DNA of 64,000 nt from Aplysia californica (lineage: Eukaryota). Position 1 is the stretch's first letter. Every line of letters starts with the position of its first letter. Shown here in pieces: positions 40,951 to 50,900 of the stretch. Made by a program: the position numbers and the translations under genes. The DNA lies in the NCBI RefSeq assembly GCF_000002075.1, contig NW_004798235.1, positions 108,285 to 172,284 of the forward strand, in the 5' to 3' direction. Under the pieces are notes generated by a model that was given only the letters and a program-made list of their open reading frames with translations, was not told the origin of the DNA and ran no database searches.

Positions 40951-41111
40951 TTAAGGTACACAAGCCTTCAATTTGTTCTTACGCATGTTTCTGAAAGCTT
41001 TCTTTAGCTTCCTCTTCAAGACGACTCACCTACAGTGAAGTACGCACGTCACAGCAGTAGTAAAACGAGAAAAAAAAAATGGTAAAAACGAAAAAAAATT
41101 TAAAAAATATC

Positions 41112-41183
41112 CTCCCCGGCGGGGAATCGAACCCCGGTCTCCCGCGTGACAGGCGGGGATACTTACCACTATACTACCGAGGA
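41112..41183 (-). tRNA. tRNA-Asp: tRNA-Asp (GTC)
   Basis: TCCTCGGTAGTATAGTGGTAAGTATCCCCGCCTGTCACGCGGGAGACCGGGGTTCGATTCCCCGCCGGGGAG, 72 nt, canonical cloverleaf, followed by an oligo-T terminator on the minus strand. Confidence 0.97.
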
Positions 41184-41409
41184 CACATCGGAGAGGGGTC
41201 AGCGAAAATAGATAATTGCAAAAATAGATTTGGAGTAAAGTTTTACTATTCCTATATTAGAATAGTGCTTTTGCTATTGTATAAAGTACGTTTTTCCAAA
41301 ATGAAGATAGTACATCCTGACATTTAGATTTTAACTGCCTTTTTTGATTGATAAAAGTAATTCTTTATTCTGATAAAACTGTCAAACTCAAACCAGAGTT
41401 CTAATGAAG

Positions 41410-41430
41410 TTCTACTTCCGGTATCCGGTA
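41410..41430 (+). promoter_or_regulatory. ETS-type motif (ACTTCCGG) at the probable promoter of the SLX4IP-like gene
   Basis: ACTTCCGGTATCCGG about 500 bp upstream of the first coding exon. Confidence 0.45.
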
Positions 41431-41929
41431 TGGTAAATACAAACAATGTTATTATTGCCGTGTTCTTACTTTCGTTTTATTTGTTTTCCAACAATTCTTG
41501 ACTCCAGTTGCTCCAGAAGTTGTTGTTTCAGGATTTTTGAGCTCATTATATCATGTCTGAGTTACAGGAAAGTCAGATCCACGACAGCGGCAACTTCTAA
41601 CTCAGCATTTTCTTCCAACCATCAGTCTTTATTAATTAAGTCTTTATACTTTATTACGTTATTAAATTTTTAGTTTGAGTTTGGCGTTGGAATTCATAAG
41701 GACGAGGCCTCTTCCTCCTTTTTTTAAAAACAAGACTCAGTTAGACTAGAATCTAGATCTAGATCTAATCTAGATCTAGATCTAGATATTTAGATTAGGT
41801 CTAGATCTAGATATCTAGTCTTATTATTTTACTGTGACTAGTCTAGGCCCTATACTACTGATTAATTGATTGAGACGTGGCCTGTCAGACTGTCTGGTGG
41901 AGACTGAGCACGTTGTGGATCAGTAGACA

Positions 41930-44900
41930 ATGAACGGGACAGGAGATTTGTTCATGTGTACTGGATTCTTCAAAACACACTTCTTTCAGGTGAGTTTAAA
42001 AAGTAAGTTGTAAAGCAGGAGTTCTCTAACGAGCAATGGGTATGAATGGAATAGATTTTGTACAGTCGAACCTGCCATGACGGCCACCTGTACTCTGTAC
42101 AAATGGCCACTTTCCATTCCCCCCCCCCTGCCCCTTGGGTTTTTTTTCTATATTTATCTATCGGCATTTTAAAACTTTCCATGCCGTCTCACACTCAGCT
42201 ACCAGTTGTCCATTTTCTACTAGATTCTAAATATATTGATGCGCTGAACACGAATATCAACTTCTTTTCAGTTGCAAATTAATAGTTTTTTAAAATATCT
42301 GATTGTTATTAATTGAGATAGACGTGCTTTGGACCAATCGGGGGGTTCCAGGGGGGCCTGCCCACCTGGGGTAAAAGAAAATCTGGGGGGTTACAGGGGG
42401 GCCCTGTTTTAATTTGATATTTTACAGAACAGTTACTTGAGTTACATTTGAAATTTTCCTGAAAATAATTGATCGAAGTGGCTAGCCGTACTTAAGTACG
42501 GCTAGACTGAGAGTCTAGCCGTATTTAGATCTAGGTTTGGCCCAATCGACTCAATCCTGTTAAGTACACAGGTCTCATTAGATCTAGATCTAGTAATTAT
42601 TCAGGTTCAAATACATGCAAGTCAGTAAGGCACCTTTTGGTTTTGTCTGAAATACAAATACTTTAGGCATTGCAAACTAAAATTTTCATTTACAATTCAG
42701 CCATCAATATTAAGTACGGCTAGACTGCCAGGCTAGCCGTACTTATCTTAGGCCCTATTTACATTAGAAAACAGAAGGTTTAAAATACATGCACTGTCAT
42801 TAAGGAACCTGGTTTTGTCTCAAATACAAATACTTTAGGTACTGCACACTAAAAATGTATATTTACAATTCAGTAGGCCTATTTTTTGTAAATGGTCAGT
42901 CTAGCCATCATATTAAGAATAAGTACGGCTAGACTGTAAGTCTAGCCGTACTTAAGTACGGCTAGACTGTGAGTCTAGCCGTACTTAAGTACAGCTAGAC
43001 TGCCAGTCTAGCTGTCATTAAGTACGGCTAGCCTCTTCCATAATTGATTTGCGACAGTTTTAGTGGCATTATGTGTGATCTGCAGCAAACAGTACAGCAG
43101 CTTGACCCCTGAAGCAGTGCATCTGTGTCCGGGAGTTAAAGTAAAAATTTACCTATTTATCTAAGTAAGTGTAAAGCGGTCACTTGTCCAACGCAGCTGC
43201 GGTCACCTTATTTTATCAACCCACGTTCAAATTGACCTGTCTCAGGCGGCCAGGCGTGGTCACTCACTGCCCGACGCTTTGTCTTAAATTTTTAATCGTC
43301 CCCTCAAGCTGTGGATCCTCATTTTAATCCCTCCAATGAATGTTTTCCCAAGTTGACCAATGGGTAGGCCTAACAATACATTTTCAACTGCTGGTGAGGG
43401 AAGTGTGATCCATCATTACCTATAAGTCCCGCCCACAACTCATGCACAAATCGTATGTGAGGTGGCTGGTCACTGTTTTGTTTACCTGCTAATCCGTGCC
43501 GTAACAAAGTAACAGTGGACGTTGGCGTGAACTTGCGACAGAAGCATGGCTTGCTCTCCGAGTGGTGGCGAATCGTGTGTTTGTTTTAACATGGCAATCA
43601 GTCTACATCGTCTCACTTACATTTGTTTATTTTACCCTTTCCCATAATCAGCAACAAAAAGTATCTAGTATGATAAAGGTAAAGAAAGCTGACCAAAAGG
43701 CAAAACAACAACACACAAAAAAAGTTCTTATACTACCCTCCCCTTTTTTTAAAAAAGAAAACAAAATCCCTTTTGAATCAGCCTTATGGCAGTCTAAAGC
43801 CTGATATCGTCCCCGGTTTAGACCTCGGAAGAGAATGTGATCAAATTTCCTCATTTCGATTAGTCCTGCCTTAGACAACCACCTGTGTTATACGGCCACT
43901 TTTCTCATTGACAATGGGTGGCCATTTTACACAGGTTTGACTGTGCTTAGCCTACCCATACCCTAGTCTCAATTCTAACTGTTAGAGTTGAGACTAGGGT
44001 ATGGGTTTGGGCTAGGGTCAGGTCTCTATTGTGTAAATTTATAGAAACACTCCTGTCTCTTGAAGGATATATTTTGTAGCTGTGTATATTTTTTTTTTAG
44101 GGCCATGAACACAATTTTGGCTTTTTAAAACGTCGCAAATGGTTAGTTTAGATGTTACAGCACATCATTATGGGGGGGGGGGGGGGGGGAGAATGTCATC
44201 ATACTGTGCCCCTGTGGTATAGTATTGAAAAAACCCCACAAGAGAAGTGGTACTTTTTACAGTTGATTGTCTTGGACAGGAGGTCGTTATAGCAGCATGA
44301 CTGTTTTCTACTTTTAGATGTTTCACTATCTTTGAACATAGTAGAACTTTACTAGTGTATTTTCCTCTCTTCTCTGGCATATTTTGTATTCATTGTGTTA
44401 AGCTTCGCCTACATACGCCCTTATCACTAGAGGGCACAGAAATGGCTACAGTGGATCTTATTAACACAGACAATCTGGACTTTGTGGATGACTTGGCACT
44501 TCTGTTGTACATCCAGGATCATGTCCAAGCAGAGACTTCAGTTTTAAACTGTCTACCAGAGTCTGATGGATTGAGGACCCACCATGAAAAGTCTAAGGTC
44601 CAAAAGAAAGATATATGCCCTTCAAAAAGAGCAAATCACTAAAGACGGAAATGTACTAGAAAATGTTGAATCCTTCTGCTATCTTTGGAATATATTCGAC
44701 AGACAGAGAGGAACAGGAGCTGAAATTAAGTCCCACATTGGAATGCTACAGGCTACTTTAGTTTTGAGCAACATGTTCTTACAGGAGAGATTGCTACAAC
44801 TCTTTCTTCTTTTTACTTCATTCCCCGGGATCTGGAGGGAACAATCTTATAAGCTGGTATAAATCCAGATTTGAACTGGATTTTCCTCATGTATTGATAG

Positions 44901-47900
44901 TAATGTTACAAAATATTTTCACTTTGACTGATTTTATTTTCCTAGATGACCCCATGGCTTTTCCAAGTTGAGGTCCTTCCCTTCCTGACAGAGTCACAAC
45001 TTGCAAATGGTACAGTACACGACTGGTTTAAAGCTCAACATTTCCAGGTAAGAAAGTGTAAATTATTACTCAGAGAAAACTGAGTTTTTATTCACCACAG
45101 ATAAAGAAAGATCTTTTATTCAGTGCTGGTCTTTGTTTGTTTTGGTAAGTTGTTTGAAAAGAAACTGTACCTGAGATAATAAAATAATTTTTTGTCTTTA
45201 TTTTGGCTTCTGATTGTTTTGACAATAATAATAACATTTTGATATTTTTGTCGACAATAATCAACATGGTTAAGTAGTCTGGTGTGATCAGTGCTTTTTG
45301 GCTGTGTCGTGTAGTAGGTTTTTCATTTTTAAAATGGTTCTTTGATGTTTTTTTCCCCCAAGATGGTGAAAGAAAACATCTCACCTGACAATGCTGACTT
45401 TAAATTTGTGGTAATTCATAGTTTACATGGCTACTGGCTCATTTTCACAAAATCTGTTGAACTTCACAAAGAGCAAAAAAGAATTCAAGCCGATGATAAT
45501 AGGCCTGTTTGTTTCACTTTGTTTGGGGAAAAAGTATAGTATTGTTATGATTTATCTTGTTTATAGATCAGTGAGATCAGGCAGTCGGTGTTTTTTAAGT
45601 GTTCCCAGGAGAGAAGGTAAAAAATAAGCTGAAATATCCTTCGCCCATCTTGCGCCTTCAGTTTGGAACTCTGTACTACTTCTTCGAAACACAATATCTG
45701 AGTCTTAGCTCAAGACACCTAATGATGTTTAATGAAAACATTTATAACTCAGTTATAATACTGTGCGATAGACAGTATCTGTTTAACATATTTTTGTTAA
45801 CCTGTGCAGATTGCATTGTGTATATTATACTATATATTTGTATGGCTCTCTTGTCTATGATATTATATGCATGAGTGTGATGAGAGAAAAGTTGTGTGTG
45901 TAAGTGTTTGTTGTGTGTTGTCTGATTTCTTCATTCATATGAGCAAATGTTAATTTTTTTCACAATTGTTACTCTTTGTAGGTGGATTTTTGTAAAACAC
46001 CTAGAGCTGTGTGTACTTGGGGATAGGCGATATGAAAATGCTCTTTGTTATTATTAGCTTTATTATTATTATTATTATACAGGAAATGCTGGAGTTGTTA
46101 CAGCCTGTTATGCAGAAGTCTGTTGATGCAGGGGAAGTGTCAGTGCCAGAAGACAAAAAGTACAGCAAGTCAAAAGATTGTGTTCTCACAGGTGATTATT
46201 TTAATAATTGCATAGATTGTTTGGATTCCCTGAAAAATACTTGGGTGTGAGCCAGTGATTTGTAACGTTGAAAGGTTCTCCCTCCTCCGATGGTCAAAAA
46301 TGCTGATATGGATGTTGACATTTTTATACAGTGGAACTCGGATTCAACGAGGTCGCCGGGCCTGACCAAAAATCTTGTTGAATCCGAGTGTTCGTTATAG
46401 CAAACACGAGGTTTTGTGTAGATAATTACAGGCACTGAGCAAGTAATTTATAAAGAGAAGTCACAAGTAGTGCCTGAAAGGCCTGCATATTATGAGAAGT
46501 GTAAAAAAACCCCACCTGATTCGTTCAAATGCACACGCCTTTGTCATCTCGATTGTTTACCAAAAAGTTGTGTTGCTGTGTAGAGCCTAGCATAACGGCA
46601 ACTATTGATTTCATAGACCAGCGCACAATTCATTACGTAGATCTACGTCAGGACTAGATCTAGCTTATCATTGTAATAATGATCAGTTGCCGAGGGGGAA
46701 AAAGACTGTGACGCGTTTGTATCTGTGACTGTGACGTTCAACGCCCGGACCGCTAGTGCGCCCCCCTCCCCGACACACACACACAGTCACACGTGTGCAG
46801 GCCGCCCATCCGACCCCGACACATGCCAGAGTAGACTCGTGGGCGAGCCAACAACGCATGTGTTGGTATGAAAATAAGCGGCTGATTGGTCGTATGCAAT
46901 CGGCTAAGTGAACAATGGTTCACGTGCAGGTGCAATGGATGGTTTCCGGGAATAGATAAAGTTCGTTCAGAGAGAAAAATGAGCGAAGCCACGTCTGCGT
47001 GGGCTGTGCACCCTGGAAGCGACCTCGTTGAATCGAGCTCGCTGATTTAAGTGCTCGTTGAATCCGGGTTATTTTTATTGATTTTAAAGAAGAAAAAAAA
47101 CGGGGAATCTGTCTCATCTCGTTGAATCCGAGCTCGTTAAATCCGATTTCCACTGTACTCCCCCAATTCATTTGTAGGTAGCACCAAGCATGAACCATTG
47201 TAGATATGGACTTAAAGCCCTCAAGTCCAGTGTGCACATTTATTTTGATGAAGTTGTTATATTAATTGATAGTTAAAAAAAAATAACAGGTATGTTCTGA
47301 CGTGGCAAATTTGAAGTTGTAATTCTTACTTCAAAATGGAAATCGGATTAATATAAACAATGAAAAAAAACTCTGTTAAAATAGCAAGGAATCCTAAACA
47401 GAAACAGAATAAAATGCCATTTACTTTACTCCATCTGACTGCAGATTAAACAGCCTAATGTCTTCCACTTTTGCTCAAGCGAAGATTGTGGGCAACACAG
47501 TAGAAGCCAAGACGGACTAAGACAAGACGAGACAACGGCCTCATTTTCGTTCCAACTGGCTCCCCTTGGTAACCAGCTAGATGCGCGTTTAATAGCGTAA
47601 ACAAACAACAGGAAGAAAGAGCGCACTGTTCAACTCGCTGAGATAGATGCCTAAATCTACTTTGAATTTCATAATGGCAGTTTTGCCTTTGGGTTTTTTT
47701 TAAAATCATATAAACTGTTTGGTATTTATTTTGACTGGTTTTTGTTCACATTTTGAATATAGATCTAGATCTAGTGAGTTGGGAAAAAAGATTTTAATGA
47801 ACGGAAAGCGGTAGTGAGTTGAACATGTTCAGTGACAAGATGATGTAGATTTAGATTTAGATCTAGATCTAGGAGTTTACGAAACGCTAGAAGTACATTA

Positions 47901-50900
47901 GATATTACAGTTTAAAAACGACAGAATAGCCAGTGGTGCTCTGCAATGAACTGTTCTCTAACAGAATATACAATAGATTGGATATTTTAAAAACTAAAGA
48001 TACGGTCCGTGGTGCCAGACGAGGGTGAAGACAAGATCTGCTGAGCAAGTCACCAGAATGTCTCTTTTCTGAGACAGTTCTCTGCTCTGAGTCTTGGGTA
48101 CTTTGCGGACTCTCAGTTTCTTGGTGCTGAGGCAAGCCAACTGAAGGTGCAATACAGCCATACCTGTGTTATTCAAAGTTCACAATCCCCGTACTCTAGA
48201 AAGAAACAAACCACCACAAAAGGACTTAAAAAGACTCATGCTCTTTTACAACATGGAAATTCCTCAATCTCAAACATCATTTTCTCAAGTAAATTTTTCT
48301 TTTTTAAAAATCTTGTTCATTTATCAGCCAAGAATAAGCTATAAAATTTGTTAAAAGTATGTGTATATATATATATATATACTGGATAATAGAAGCGAAA
48401 CCTCATCACATTTTTTGTTAACAAGGTATGCCCTAAGTAATATATAGGCGCCTATACTTATACTACAGCCTACGTTTTAAAACAAAATTGAATTTCATTT
48501 GGAAATCAAAATAAAACAAAGTGATACACATCATGTAGAAGAATGGAGACTCTATGTCACTGGAAAGGCTAACTGGGGTAAGCTGTCAAATCCATGGTTC
48601 TGGAATGCTTAGGTTATAATTATTAGTTGTATCACATCAAAGAATGAACAACAATAAAAAGAACAACAATACTAGACTCCATGACTCTGAGTATGAGAAC
48701 CCTTCAATAAAGTAGGCCTAGATTTCTACTATTAATTAGAGAAAAGCATAAAATTGAGAGGAAGAAAAACTCAACAAATTCTTTTCTTAGTGGTCACTAT
48801 AATCTATAACTTTGTTGTCTATACTGTGCCAGTGAATGTGATGCATGTATGTCTGTTGTTCATGTTATAGTTACATAAATGCCACTCATAATAATGTGTT
48901 GATTAAATCATCACACCATTCTTCACAAATAGTATAATTCTATGACTTGAAAGATTCTGTTTTTGCAGCTGTTGTAGCTCATGTTCTGGTCCACAATTAA
49001 GTTGCTGCTAGGATGGCATTCCTCTGCCAAGTAAATCTGTTTCTGCCACATCCCTTTTCATAGCAGGTTTGACAGTTTCTTCAATGCTTCACTACAAATA
49101 CAAACAAGTCATCTGCAATTTACAAGCATTGTATCAAACCAACTTCACCCCACATTCCCCTCTTGAAATATAACATTGGTTGGTTGAAACAATTTGAAAT
49201 ATGGCAATGAAACCCCCCAAAATAAAAATAAAAATCAAACAAACAAACAAACAGAAAAAAAACACATCAAAAACCCTACCTAGCATTAATAAAGACTGGA
49301 TACAAATAATTCAAGCCCTTTTGTTTGATTCTGGTCAAGGAAACTGAAAGGGTGGTGGTAAGTATTTATTCAGCAACATGCTAAATCTGTAAACCTTTTT
49401 GCAGCTATCAAAGGAAAAAAGCAATCACTAGAGACAATCCTGCCCCTACCCCCAAGATTTTTGCACATACTTTTTGCCTAATAATGGTAAATAAAGTCCT
49501 CTGACCAGTCCTGGTATGAACTGTAAAGATGACATTGACCACTTCCTTTCAGTTTTGCTTCCAGGTAGTTAGGCCTATATAACTCAAACATTGCACCACC
49601 TATGTGTGTTTATAATATAAAGTCCAAAAAGAGGAGCAGCCACCAATGACTAACCTCATCAAGTCACTGAAAGTAGAGTACCTGGTGCAGTTTGAAAATG
49701 TTGTCACATACAGCAGTGGGTACTTTCTTGGGAAAGTGTCTCCAGTCATATGGGGCTATTCTAAGACTTTGAGAAAAAGGAGAATCTAGAATCTAATTGC
49801 CCCACAAAAGTGAAGGCTTTCTAAAGCCATATATTTCCTTCTGCTTGTACGCCCGGTCAGAAGCTGTGGGACTGTTTGAAGCTATTCAAGCAGGATCTAG
49901 AGTCTAGATCTAGATCTAGATTAACTAGGCCTACACAGCGAGCTGTTCCCCAATGTCAGAATCAATGATCATGAACTGGAGTTAAGAAACAATAGCACTT
50001 CTGTACAATAGGGGTCCCGTTTGCACTAAATCACGCAAGGCCTAAGTGCCCGGTGTTTCTTATTTAGATCTAGATCTAGGCCTAGATTATAGATACATGT
50101 ATATAGATACATGTATCAAGATTCTAGATTTAGAATCTAGATCTAGATCTATATCTAGATATATCTAAACTGAATTGAAATTATAGATCTATATTCTAGA
50201 TCTAATCTAGATTCTAGATATCTAGATCTAGCTATCTAGATCTAGAAATAGATTATATTGGCTATCTATAGAATCTAGATATCTAGATCTAGAATCTAGA
50301 TCTAGATCTAGATAGGCTACGTTTATTAATTAAATACTCTCTCTGGGCTAAAATATAGTAATTTTAGTAGGCCTAGGCTAGACATACCGCCCGAGATGAT
50401 CAGTAGCCTTGCATTCAGCATTGTAACCAATGTAAACTATCGCCACCCCAGCGAGTTATACGCGCATCTGGCAAAGTGGGAGGGGCCTGCGCTTGTCACA
50501 TGACGTAAAGAAGAGTTGTCTCGTCTTGTCTTAGTCCGTCTTGGGTAGAAGTAGAAGGAGGAGGAAAACAAGAATCTGAATTATTAAGTTAATTGTTTCA
50601 CTAACACTGTTAATAATTTAACATTTAGGGGATTTTGCTTTCTCTTCCTCCTAGTGCCGTTTGGAAAGTGTTTTTAATACATAGTTTTTATACAGAATGA
50701 TATCGTTTTACTATGTTTAGTAACATTGTGTTGTAGTGCGGCCTTTTCTTTTAGCTCTCAGTTCTAGTAATTACCTGCTGGTAGTGGTTTTTCTTTTTTC
50801 TTTTTTCACACAGTTACGGTATATCTGTACATTTTCTTTCTGCAGGTAGCACAGTGCGCATTGCTTGCAGTTTTAAGCAGTCCGTCATGAACAATACATT

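Noticed and set aside
42480-43035. Palindromic repeat array resembling CRISPR
   Set aside because: No unique spacers, eukaryotic context, and bounded by TIRs with a 9-bp TSD.
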